Of a DNA stretch of 64,000 nt, positions 1-10,712 are shown piece after piece. The notes beneath the pieces are model-generated. The model saw only the letters and a program-made list of their open reading frames with translations. It made no database searches and was not told the origin of the DNA. The position numbers and the translations under genes were made by a program. The stretch's first letter is position 1, and each line of letters begins with the position of its first letter. Source of the DNA: Eukaryota sp. TZLM1-RC (lineage: Eukaryota; Protista; Metamonada: BaSk clade); the NCBI GenBank assembly GCA_040285825.1, contig JAUPSS010000001.1, positions 3,100,001 to 3,164,000 on the forward strand. The letters are read 5' to 3'.

Positions 1-654
1 AATAAAAACAATGAATTAGAAAGAAAAAGAGAAGTTGAAGGACTTCGGAGTTTTAGGCTGGAGTTAGAAGCACAAATGGAAGAAATGGAGCATGAGAAGG
101 GTGATTTGGTGAGGAAGTTGGAAGGTCAAAAAAGACAGAATTCTGAGCTGTTGGAGGGTCTAAAAAGGGAGGAAATCAGGAGAAATCAGTTGGAAAATCA
201 AATAATGAAGTTTTCTCAGGATTCGAATAATCTTTCTGATTCATTAAAACAAGAACAATTAAAATCATTTGAATTAGAAAAAGAATTAGAAAAAGAACGA
301 GTCAGTAAATCAGAACTATGTGAGACGCTGAAAATAGAAGAATTCAAGCGCAGTCAAGCTGAAAACAACAGAGAGCATTCAAGTGAGAGCATTAAAAAGG
401 AATTACTGGAGACTAGATCAAAATTAAAACGTGAGGCTCATAAATCATCAAGACTTGCCGAGAAATTCCAGGTTTGTGAAACCAAATTGAGGGCTTTGAG
501 AACAGATCATAAGCTTGAACTTCAAGAAATGAAAAAGTCAATTGCTTTGGTGGAACATGAGGCAAAACGAAGAGAGAATGCGTTGTTGAGGGAGAAGGAG
601 AGATTGGTTTTTTTGCTTCAAAGCAATGGCATCAATCCAGATTTGATCATTTAA
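1..654 (+). CDS. Coiled-coil protein, 5'-partial
   Basis: Frame is open from base 1 (NKNNELERKRE...) to TAA at 654; E/K/L-rich heptad-like composition; AT-rich 3' region follows. Confidence 0.7.
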   Translation, partial: NKNNELERKREVEGLRSFRLELEAQMEEMEHEKGDLVRKLEGQKRQNSELLEGLKREEIRRNQLENQIMKFSQDSNNLSDSLKQEQLKSFELEKELEKERVSKSELCETLKIEEFKRSQAENNREHSSESIKKELLETRSKLKREAHKSSRLAEKFQVCETKLRALRTDHKLELQEMKKSIALVEHEAKRRENALLREKERLVFLLQSNGINPDLII

Positions 655-2379
655 ATATTTGATCGTTTTTATTTAATAATTTCTATTTAAAGTTTGACTT
701 TGGAAGTCTTATTTTAATAAAATGTATATTATTTTCTCAGTTACAGTACATTGATTTATGAGAATGGAGCATTACTTTGTTTGATGGTTCAGTAGCATTC
801 GCAAAGTGTTGATAATCGTCACTTGAAATAGAAGCAAGAACTGTTACAGAAGTTTGAACCATTTGAAGTGTTTTGATAACTAAAATTTTGAAATTTTGAA
901 ATTTTGAAATCTAAAGGATTGAGTCAATCTTACAAGTGATTTGGTCATAAAAATGTTCACTACAAAAACATCAATTTGTACTCATGTATTGAACAGGAAA
1001 TAATTGGGAAGATGATTCAGATATTCAGAAAATAAGGAATAAATAACAAAAAAATAAAAAAAAAACTTATTTGTATTTAATTGCAGATACAAGAAATCCG
1101 AAGTTCAGCCTGAACATCCCTTTTCAGACAAAAACTGCCCAAATTATGTCTGTAACAAAGTCAGATGCGAACAATTGTTTGAAAAGTGATTTTAAATTCG
1201 AGAAACAAACTTAGATTTAGATTTAATTAGTCATTAATTTCAATTATCATTCGTTCATATTGTTTTTTTGCTTCACTTTGATTGGAGTTGAATTCTGTGA
1301 TTTTCGCGTGATCTGATTGACTATTTGATCATAGTAAGAACTGTTTCCTTTCCATATGTAAATCACCTGGTGGTTTACAGCGACAAAAAGCGCAAGAGTA
1401 GCATCACTCAAAGATTCACATTACATTGGTTAATAATTTATTATACTCGTGTATATCTGCAGTACTGGAAGCAATGAAAACAATGATGAACAGCTAATCA
1501 GCCGTGTCCTCATCTACCTCTTCGTGATCCTCAACGAATTCCATATCCCTTTGGAGTAGAACAGAGGGTGGAAGTGATGGGATTTGCTGGTCACTCTTAT
1601 CATCAAGTGATCTTATACTCCATTTTCTGGGATAAAAGCAAGGTTCTTGGTTTTCACATTCTCCTACATCAAGTTCATCTTCAATGTCGTGTTTTGTGTC
1701 CATAACAGTGTGCGAGGTTTTGATGAAATAGGATTTCTTTGATGAGTGATCGGATGGCGTATAGTATGTTCGACTTTACCATGATATAAAATACATTTTA
1801 AAAGACCGTTGTTGTAACAAATTACCCTATCTGGCTTAATAAACTTTTTTATTTTATTATTGACAAAATTAAGCTGGCCTTTGTTTACATTCACTGTTCT
1901 TTGTCACACTTCTTGATGGTGAAGACCATGGCTATGATGTTTTGTTGTCAAATGATGCTGTTTTGGCATAAAACAACTACTGTCCCATCAGCATAGTACT
2001 ATATTCACTAATTTAAAAATTTTGAGGAAGTTTGCTAGATAATGGATCTAAGTAAGCTTCATAGCAAACTTGGGTGACCAGAAGAATATCAGATCGAGTC
2101 TTTTTCATTATAGGTACTTCCTTTTGGTTGAAATCAGACTCAATCAATGTCATTCAATTGCTCAGGTATAGTTAAAATAGAAATATAAAGTATAGCTTAA
2201 CAGTAAAATGTTGTTTAAGTAGAAGATGAATTTATTTAATTCAAAAGTAATTCAAAATAAACCGGTAGAAGAAGACAAGCAGTCATATAAACTAACCAAT
2301 CATATATCACCTTGATACTAATAATAAAGTTTATGCCAAAAAACCAAATACAAGAATTCTGATGTTTAAAATATAAAGA

Positions 2380-4350
2380 AAAAACCCCTCATTTTCGAGA
2401 TCCTGAGGAAAATGTGTTTTCTGTAGCCATTGATCCCATCCACAAAAATGTTTGTGGTTGGACTACTGGTTCTTTCCGAAACTCTGCACGTGTTTTTAAA
2501 AGTTCTGGCCTGCTAATAAACCCAAAAGAACGAAAATCAAATCACCCTGCTCCTTTCACTCAAGCAACTTCTAATACTTATTCCGCTCAGCGCTTCCAAG
2601 TGTATCTGATTGAAATAAGTTTACCTTATGTTTCTGAATCTGAGGAAAGGCCTGAATGTTCTTCACTTATGTGTGAAAACCTGCAGCGTGGTGCAAGAAA
2701 AAAACTCAGAAGAAAAGTTGGATTTTTCTCATACGAAGACAAAAGAGACTGACTGGTTTTATTAACTAGTTGTTTTTTCTCCCTCCCTCTTCATTGTCTC
2801 CAACTTTTTCCGCATACTTCCTGCGGTCCCTGTGGGTTGCAACATGGATGTTGATGTCAGTCCTGATGATTGGGATGACAATGCATCATTTAAATGTCGT
2901 TCTATTGTCGAACCATCTGGACCCCTTTCATCCCCTCCTGCTACACACCCATTTCCCTCTTCATTTCTACCTGCAAAAAATTTTCTTCTAATTTTTTTGA
3001 AAAGTTTGAAACATCAAGAAATTACCCAAAACCAACTTCAGCTATTCCACGTCTTAGTAATCATTCTCCTGCGCGATGCAAACTCCCTTCACAACGGCAA
3101 AATCCTCAATGTCGAAAACAAGTATGAAGCCTCAGAACAGTAATGTTGTCGTTTTGCCATTAGACAACATTTTTCATTTTCTAATGAAACACGTAATCAA
3201 TTAAAAAAAACTTATTTTGACTTGCTTTCGTCTGATATTGTTAAACCAACTCTTGAAACAGTTGAAAAATTGCAGTAGCTCCATCCTGAAGAAAATTTTG
3301 CTTGTCCAAAACCCAATATTTGTGGTTTTTGGACTAATAATCCAATTAATGCTTCTGAAGTTCTTGCTTCAGTTAAAAAATTACCAAAAGGTAAAGCTGC
3401 TGGATCATCAGGGATTTCGTTTGATATTTTAAAACCGCCTGCAATAAGACACCTGAAATTGCAGATGATTTAGCATTCTATTTTCACAATTGGTCTTTTT
3501 GAAAGTCGTTCCTCCACCTGAGCTTACTGCTGCACGTCTCATTGCTGTAGTGAAACCCGGGGTTGAATCTAAACCTTCAGGAATTCGTCCCATTGCAGTA
3601 GGTGAATCTCTCCTTCTTTCTCTCGTTTGTTTGCCTCAATTATATTTGATAGAATTGTGAAAAAGGCTAATAAATTTTTGTCGCCATTGCAATTTGGTAT
3701 TCAAACGATTCTTTTAGATCAAAAGTGTATGATGCAGTCCGTGATCAGCTCTTTTGTATGTTTAAGTCTTACAAGATCGAATCCTTTTTAGAACCTTTGC
3801 TTTCAAATTTGGTTGATGAAGCTGACAGAAATTCTTTTGGTGATAGCCGCAGTGATGTGTTAGTTCCCGGACTTGATGGATCAATTATCATTATTGACGT
3901 CAGATCTACTGATGTATCAAACAGCTCAAATGAAAAATTGGCACCATCTTATAATTCACCTTTACGTAAAGCTGAAGAAGCGAAAATTATCAAATATGCT
4001 GAAAAAATCAATAATCTGAATTCCAACTCACATACTCAATACCTTCTTTGTCATTTTGCTTTTTCTTTATTTGAAAGCTTGGGTAAAACTGTGTTATCTT
4101 TTATAAACGAGTTTTTATCTTTTGTCAAAAACAGAATTGGAAGAATATTTGACCGAACTTTTTGGCAAAGTAGAATTGTATTTTCTATTTTTAAAGGAAT
4201 GCATAGCCTTGTTTCTAACTCGTTGTTATCACTAGGTACATTTAATGAAGAAAATGCTCTAGGTAAATTTTCAATGGTAGATGTGGAGTTTGAGGAAATT
4301 GATTTTTAGTTTTTAATAATTTCTTTTGAATAAAATAAGTAAATAAAAAA
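2380..4350 (+). mobile_element. Degenerate, internally deleted CRE-like RLE non-LTR retrotransposon (family C)
   Basis: Frameshifted RT start motifs LPKGKAAGSSGISFD and GIRPIAVGESL (~3380-3610) joined directly to the RLE domain (RSDVLVPG..D..AEEAKIIKY..WQSRIVFSIF, 3725-4309); AATAAA/A-rich tail. 5' boundary approximate. Confidence 0.85.
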
Positions 4351-4664
4351 AGTTTTATTAACAAAATTAAACGCTAGTCTGAAGGAAGAAACACTATAGT
4401 TTGGTTCTGTAATGGCGGCGGTGGTCCATCTCGTCATGCGGTGAAATCCCCCAGAAAGATATTTCTCAATCAAATCCAAGGACACTTTGAAAACGTCAAA
4501 GTGGGGGACGAGTTTATGACCTCAGCAATAGGGAATTGCTGTAAGGTCTTTCATAGAAAGATATATCATGATGATGGAAGGGTAAATGAATTACTCTCTA
4601 AGAAATAACTGAAGTTTGTTCATTTTCCAAAAATAGAAACTCGACCATTGACAGCCGTTCTATC

Positions 4665-5378
4665 ATGCAGTTCGCTCTCCATGCTCTCGTTGGCTTGTTC
4701 CTACCAATGATATTACGTCTCTTTTCACTTGAAAGAACTTTGAAATATAAATGTGCGGTGACGATTTGGATAGCATCTGTTGCAGCTGATGCGGACATTT
4801 ACCTCCAGGCTATTGTCTTTCCATTTGATAGCACTGTAGCATCAACCCTACATAGATCATTCTCTCACAGTTTGCTCTCGATGTTCGTTGTTGCTTTCTT
4901 CGCTGTGATCATCTGCCGTAAACAAAAGGACAGTCTGTTGATCATTGGTTGTGCATTTGTTGCATATCTGACTCATTTGATTTTCGACATTTTCTTTTGG
5001 TTTGCCAAGGTCCACCTATTTTGGCCATTCTTCTCTCCTATCGATTTTTGGAACTCCATTAGCTATCCCCAGTACCTGCAGTACATTACCCGATCGTTTG
5101 AACACACAGCAGTTGCAATTTACCTCTTCATTTTGTACTATTTAAGATCCAAAACCTGCAAAGTCACTCCCACTGCTGTGTTCATTGGTCTAGGACACTT
5201 TTTCTATTCATTGTTTCTTCTTTGGGCACATTTCACTCAATCTTTTGATTTAGTATTTTTATTGGTGTTTATTCCACTTTTGTTTGTTTCAATACCAATT
5301 TGCACATATTACACCTTTAAATATAAACAGGTCCTCTATGACCACGCCTTTCAACGTTGTCCATATTATGCCAAGTAA
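4665..5378 (+). CDS. YdjM/DUF457-type membrane metal-dependent hydrolase
   Basis: Motifs HALVG, DAD, HRSFSHSLL, YLTHLIFD and LFWPF with several TM segments match the prokaryotic LexA-binding inner-membrane hydrolase family. Confidence 0.8.
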   Translation: MQFALHALVGLFLPMILRLFSLERTLKYKCAVTIWIASVAADADIYLQAIVFPFDSTVASTLHRSFSHSLLSMFVVAFFAVIICRKQKDSLLIIGCAFVAYLTHLIFDIFFWFAKVHLFWPFFSPIDFWNSISYPQYLQYITRSFEHTAVAIYLFILYYLRSKTCKVTPTAVFIGLGHFFYSLFLLWAHFTQSFDLVFLLVFIPLLFVSIPICTYYTFKYKQVLYDHAFQRCPYYAK

Positions 5379-5901
5379 AACGCAAGTAGTGATGCTGATT
5401 TGATTGATTGATTGATTGATTGAGATGGTGTTTTTGTGTTTTGTATTTGATCTCTGATACGCATTTAATCATTCTTTATGATGTTTTTTAAATAAATTAA
5501 TAAAATGTACTTCATAGTTTTTAGTGTAATTGAATATTTGATCAATCAATTTTAGTTACAAAATCGTAAATTTAACATTATTTACTAATAGAATTGTCAT
5601 ATATTCAGGAGGTTTGTTTTTGTGATTTCGTTTGGTGTAGTTTTTCCTTAAGCCAAAAACAAACTGTTGAGATAGAGTTAAAGAAATATTATTTTATTGT
5701 TGGTTTTAATTACCAAGTATTGGACCGAATTTTACAATTTGGAAAACATAAATCGCTGAAACAAAACCTATTGTTTGTTTCAAAAAACAACGTCTAGGTT
5801 TAGTCATTTTTTTTAAAAAAACGATCAAAATACTATAACCTTTATAATAAAATTAATCACACGCAAATGATATATACAAGAAAAACAAAGACAGAAACTC
5901 C

Positions 5902-6282
5902 TCAACGCTTCAACAGTGAGCCTATGCTACCATAGTGCGCCTTTCGCTTCTGATTGAAGTCACCCTGAGTAGCAGAAGATGTAGGTGGTGCAAAAGCCCC
6001 GGTATCAAAGGCTTGTTGGACACCTTCTGCTAGAGGAAGGGGAGTGGATTCTGGCGAAGAAGACATCTCTTCAGAATCAGAACTATATCTGTAAGGAGTC
6101 TTTGGTTCATCTATGAAGCGTCTCTCATCACCAAATTCCTCAGCAAGTTGTTCAAGGATATCCTCATTGTGTTGAAGATTGTGCTGGTCGAACTGCACAC
6201 CAGATTTAGACTCAGCGTGTGGTGAGGGAGAGGAGTGTTTAAGAATAGATTTGGGCTGTTTTTGTGATGGACTTGCTGTCAT
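5902..6282 (-). CDS. Protein phosphatase 1 inhibitor-2 (IPP-2/Glc8-like)
   Basis: KSILK motif, VQFD (RVxF-like), IDEPKTPY and FNQKRKAHY; ATG at 6282. Confidence 0.9.
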   Translation of the reverse strand: MTASPSQKQPKSILKHSSPSPHAESKSGVQFDQHNLQHNEDILEQLAEEFGDERRFIDEPKTPYRYSSDSEEMSSSPESTPLPLAEGVQQAFDTGAFAPPTSSATQGDFNQKRKAHYGSIGSLLKR

Positions 6283-6323
6283 TATTACAGATGATGTGTT
6301 TAACAATGAAATAAGTGTCCTTT

Positions 6324-7132
6324 TTACACCAATGTAGAGGGACAGAGTTTTTGAGAGGTGGAAGATTTTCTCCTTGATACCTTTTTCTTAGAACCTTTGT
6401 CAACCTTGGCTCTTTGTAGGTATACCGGTCTATCTCCACCTTTTACATGTGCTTCCATCACTGCCAACATATTCAGCGAAGCATTTCGATCTCTATTCCA
6501 CAAACTCTCACATGATTTACACATGGTAAGCCCGTGACGAATAGACATCTCATGCCTCTTCCTTGGCCTAGGATTTCTGCACCATCGGTATGTTTCAACT
6601 GTTTTCTCTGCTTTCTTACAGTTGAAACAGCAGTAACTGGCTCGAAACTCATCAATTAAAAAGACCTTAATACCAGCCTTTTTAAATACAATTCTCAAAC
6701 CTTTTCCTTTGGTAGGTTATTTGAATTTCATGTGTTTTCGTTGTTCCCAGTCTCCAATACAATAACTACTTGGCTGGGATCACTAATTACTGATTCGAAT
6801 CTCTGTATTATCTTCGCCTCAGATCTTGTGCGATTAATCTCAGCCCACCATCTTAGTTTCCTAAATATTTTTTGATAATAGACTTCACCAACAATACTAT
6901 TCACAAAATTCTTTTGTTTAATATACTCCATAAATCTATCAGACCTGCAGCTTTTGGAATTGAATTGGGATAAAGTTGCTTCCCATTCTGCTACAGATTT
7001 AGTTTTTTGTTCATTATTTCTCAAATCAATTTCGTGGGGAATATTGATTTCTTGAGGTACTTTTCCTCTTAATAAACTAATTGTTCTTTCATTCATTTGA
7101 TTAATTATACTGCTGTTTAAAGCCATCCTCAT
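6324..7132 (-). pseudogene. Fanzor (TnpB-like) pseudogene A, C-terminal half
   Basis: Reconstructs as ..VAEWEATLSQFNSK..IFRKLRWW..RSEAKIIQRF..(frameshift ~6757)GDWEQRKHMKFK*PTKGKGLR..FLIDEFRAS.CCFNC..NPRP..HGLTMCKSC..WNRDRNASLNM..RPVYLQR. RuvC-II E and RuvC-III D are present; in-frame TAA at 6717-6719; RuvC-I not seen. Confidence 0.88.
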
Positions 7133-7134
7133 AA

Positions 7135-7345
7135 TTGTTTCCCAGCAACAAAATTAGCATTTCAGGTTATCAATTGCTCGTACCGCGTTTTTTCTGCTAG
7201 AGAATCTCCTAAATGGTTGTCTGATGAGTAGAATGATAAAAGCACACCATGGGCGGCGGCTCAAAAGTGTTGCAAGCTGAGTATTTCACGTTGAATGTTG
7301 ATAGAAAACATTGTTTTTTTAAACATTGTCTTTTTAAATAAAATT
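7135..7345 (+). mobile_element. 3' stub of RLE non-LTR family D
   Basis: Homologous to 33505-33700 and 38200-38400 (caccatgg.cgg...aaaagtgttgca...tttcacgtt...aataaa). The longest copy extends into an RPDL..ELT..K..KY RLE domain. Confidence 0.65.
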
Positions 7346-7842
7346 TTTAAATATAGTAAAAATCACATTTTAAACTTACTTCAATTGGGCCTTGGTTACC
7401 AAATCATATTTCAATTCCAATTTAATCACAGGACTCATGCTTATTCATTTCGTTGATGAACACAATTTTTGTATGGATGAGAATACATACCCTTCCAAAA
7501 TTGCTGTATTGATGAGCAGTGGTCCATCAAGACTCAATTGGTTCCAGTTTTTTGAAATATATAATTTTGTTGATGTACGCTAAGCTAAAATAAGAAAAAA
7601 AAGTTGTAATGATGCTAATTGACAACATTTGATTAGTTTGTGTTTGACTAGAAACATTGTTGCTGACAGATATAACGCGTATTTTCTCCCAAAATCTTTA
7701 ATCATCTTTATATTGCAAGAAATGGATCAACACAAATTCTTTAAATTACAAAAATTAAAAAAAATTAAAATTAAATTTCTTTAAATTTAGAGCATTCAAA
7801 TTTTAGCTTCCATCTAACAATTTTTTAATATAGAATTTATTG

Positions 7843-8553
7843 TTACTGTCCATAGTCGAAGCGCTCGCCTAATTTCTCAATCAATTCATTCCTAACAAAA
7901 GTAGAGTCCATTTTTCTAATCAAATAAACCATGTTTTGAATCACCTCATCTATTTGGTCAGAGCTGATCTTACCATCGTTGAAAGACTCTCCTAGACATT
8001 TGAGCAACCATTTCGCTGCCCCAACTGTCTTGAGTTGCTTCGATAAAACTTCTAGTGCCTCCTGCTTGAGTGTAACAACATTGTCAAAAGAGACACTGTC
8101 AATAAGATATGAGATCTTCTGCAAAAACGTAAAGTGGTCTACCTCATCAGCGCGTTGAACAATTTGAAGCAGTGCTGGAGCTGAGAGCTGTTTAATGAAA
8201 TCAAAAGTATATGAAACAATCTCGCTAACCATGAAATACTCGCCAAGATAATACAAATCAAACACATTTTGTTCAGTAACAGCTAAGGCTTGGCAATACA
8301 GACTGTTGAGAAACTGTCTGAATAGATGAACACTGATGGGAAGTGCACGGAGTTCGATATGCACCATGTCCTGCTCAGGGAAACCATAAGTGAACATTCG
8401 CTCAAAAAACTTGGAAAAGGTTGATACCACTGACCGATGAACTGGAAAGTCTTGACCCTTGTATTCAAGAACTACATCATGAGAGTTGTTGCATTCATAC
8501 GGCTTGGTGGCGAGCGCTGTTGGGGTGAACTGGAAGTATGTTGGATTTGTCAT
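7843..8553 (-). CDS. BTB/POZ domain protein
   Basis: SHDVVLEYKGQDFPVHRSVVSTFSKFFERMF..FRQFLNSLY..YYLGEYFMV; likely ATG at 8553. Confidence 0.88.
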   Translation of the reverse strand: MTNPTYFQFTPTALATKPYECNNSHDVVLEYKGQDFPVHRSVVSTFSKFFERMFTYGFPEQDMVHIELRALPISVHLFRQFLNSLYCQALAVTEQNVFDLYYLGEYFMVSEIVSYTFDFIKQLSAPALLQIVQRADEVDHFTFLQKISYLIDSVSFDNVVTLKQEALEVLSKQLKTVGAAKWLLKCLGESFNDGKISSDQIDEVIQNMVYLIRKMDSTFVRNELIEKLGERFDYGQ

Positions 8554-8689
8554 TTTGAGTGAAAAATATTCAGAAAAAAGCTGATTGGTGAAGAAACAAC
8601 GAAAATTTCCACAATTTCGCTTCATGCCAATACAAGTTTCGAACATTCTAAAAACGATTGACTGGAATGTATGAAAATGATCTTTTTAA

Positions 8690-9565
8690 AAATATGTGTA
8701 GCTCGGCTGTTTTAGATCAAGATCGTCATTCATTGTTAATGGAAAAAGGTGTTTGTGAGAGTAAGTCATCAGATTCTTCACTGTTTGTGACCATTGTGCC
8801 ACTAATGAAGCGTTTGTAACAAAAGAGCAATTATATCTGAATATTCCCATTAATCAACTTCTATTAAAAGAAAAGTGTATTTGTTCTACCTCATCACAGC
8901 TCAGTTTGCGTCATGCTCTGAATTGTTCGAAATTGATAACGTGTTGTTTTTCATTACATAATGCTGTTAGAGACAATGTTTTTAATATGGCAAGAATTGC
9001 AAGAATCTCGTGTATTAAAGAACCTTTGCTTAGAGAAACACTGTCTTTGAACAAGTTTGGTTCTGATGATAGAAGTGAAATTTACTGTGATTGGATATAT
9101 AACTCTGAAGCTGTTGTTGATATTGTCTCCGGTAAATTTGTGAATGACACTTTGGTTTAAAGAAGAAAACTTAATCGTGTGGATTTATCTCTTGAATATA
9201 AAGCGAATGAACAACATAGCAAATATGACAAAGATATCGAAGAAGCTAATGATGATAGAAACAGACCACTTGTTTTTGTTGCTTTTCATTTTCTATAAAC
9301 GGAAGACTATCAGTAGAAGCAGAAAATGTTCTCAATGATTTCCAAAAATTGGTTAAAAGAAAAACAATGAAAAGATTTGATATCTTTTTGCGCTCACGAA
9401 TTCAATCCGCCCTAATTAATACATTACCTCGGTTCTTGCGTCGAGTAAGAGAAGCAATGGGGCAAAACAAGCACAGTAGATTCTTGCAGAGGGGACCTTG
9501 GTTCATTGAATTTATTTCCATTAGTTCTGATTTTATTTCAGTAATGGTTGTAGTTCAATAAAACA
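8690..9565 (+). mobile_element. Degenerate 3' fragment of CRE-like family B
   Basis: C.C..HALNC..H zinc motif and GSDDR RLE region with frameshifts; homologous to 32655-33500. Confidence 0.85.
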
Positions 9566-9699
9566 TTTTTTATTCCAAGAGATAAATAAGAAAACTCACA
9601 CTGACTTTTGTGCTGTTAATTGTGTAGTGGTCCCGCAACAAATCACTATACTACACTTTTTAATAGTCTTTTGCCCTTATATTGATTAGTAGTTCAGTC

Positions 9700-10405
9700 T
9701 TTGACTTGGTTTTTAAAATATTCAATTGTTGTTGAATATGCGATTTCTGTTGTTTTCCGTGAAGTAAACACTTTGTCTGGAAAGCATCTTTTGTTTACTG
9801 ATCTTTTGAATTGTAAACATTTTATTGCATTTGGAAGTAAAGCATAATAATGTCAGGAAATAAATTTAGGTAATGTGTAAATCATATCGAGTAGATTCCC
9901 TTTTAGAAAAATTATTATCAAATTTGATCATCAAAGATCCCAACATTGATTTAACTCGTTGCAATAGAGCTTCTATAAGTATACATGGTGTAACTGGAAG
10001 TTTCACCGTTGTAGATGTCATGTCTATTGATGCTTGTATCTCTTCCCCTGAACATTAATAGTGATGTACATTCTCCTCTCCTTGCTGGGAAACAATACAA
10101 AACCGCTAAATACCAGAAATTTATCTAATCTATTAATGGAAATTCTCTTGTCCAATATAACTTATGCTTTGTTGACTTTTTGTTGCTCAGTTCTTTCGGT
10201 AAGGCTGCTTGGGCATTCTTTGAAGATTTCAGCATTGTTTTCAAGGAAAGTATTGGATGATTTTCTGATCATGTTTACTGCCAAGATTGAATAGCTTTTC
10301 CTCTATAAACAAGTGGTGAAATTAAAACCCCCTTTGTTATCATCATTAAATTGGGGTTCATGAACCCGTTTCGAATCGAAACTTTCGATGCTGGTGAGGC
10401 AGGAA
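9700..10405 (+). mobile_element. Degenerate 3' fragment of CRE-like family A
   Basis: Matches the 57370-58050 region (LLNCKHFI..MCKSYRVDS..D.GEAG) with many lesions. Confidence 0.75.
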
Positions 10406-10486
10406 AAAAGGAAAAAGTTTGCTTACTGTGAATTTCACTTATCACGTATTCCCCTGTAAAATCCACTCCTGTTTTCCACTTTCTCA

Positions 10487-10557
10487 ATGTCTACTCACAG
10501 GCTGTAAGAGACATGTAGCGTCATTTGACAAAGACAATCATGATCTTCATCAATGGG
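10487..10557 (-). ncRNA. 3' part of candidate Fanzor omegaRNA, split by the LTR element
   Basis: Minus-strand hairpin ATGTCT-CTTACA-gcc-TGTGAG-t-AGACAT, plus a long stem whose outer GCTAC pairs with GTAGC on the far side of the LTR insertion. Confidence 0.6.
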
Positions 10558-10712
10558 TGATGATCTGCGGGGGTTAGACATTATACCTGAAAGTAGAGTA
10601 ATTCATTACAAGGGAATGAGGATTTCCCTTAACTTAAGCGCATGGGCGCATTAGTACAATAACTATTAATAAACTATGAATAAACTATTATAAATATTAT
10701 CCAAGGCTAACA
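10558..10712 (-). repeat. 3' LTR
   Basis: Direct repeat of 17757-17911; preceded on the minus strand by the PPT; contains the pol stop codon (10697). Confidence 0.95.

Noticed and set aside
1300-2150. Short minus-strand ORFs (1494-1894) as a gene or transposase remnant
   Set aside because: Fragmented and with no motif I can recognise.
4368-4623. Possible small spliced gene on the minus strand, divergent from the hydrolase
   Set aside because: The obvious GT-AG splice leads to an early stop; no convincing product.
7135-7345. Three-copy dispersed repeat as a stand-alone ncRNA or Fanzor end
   Set aside because: The longest copy (38200-38790) continues into an RLE endonuclease reading frame and all copies end in AATAAA, so it is a retroelement 3' end.
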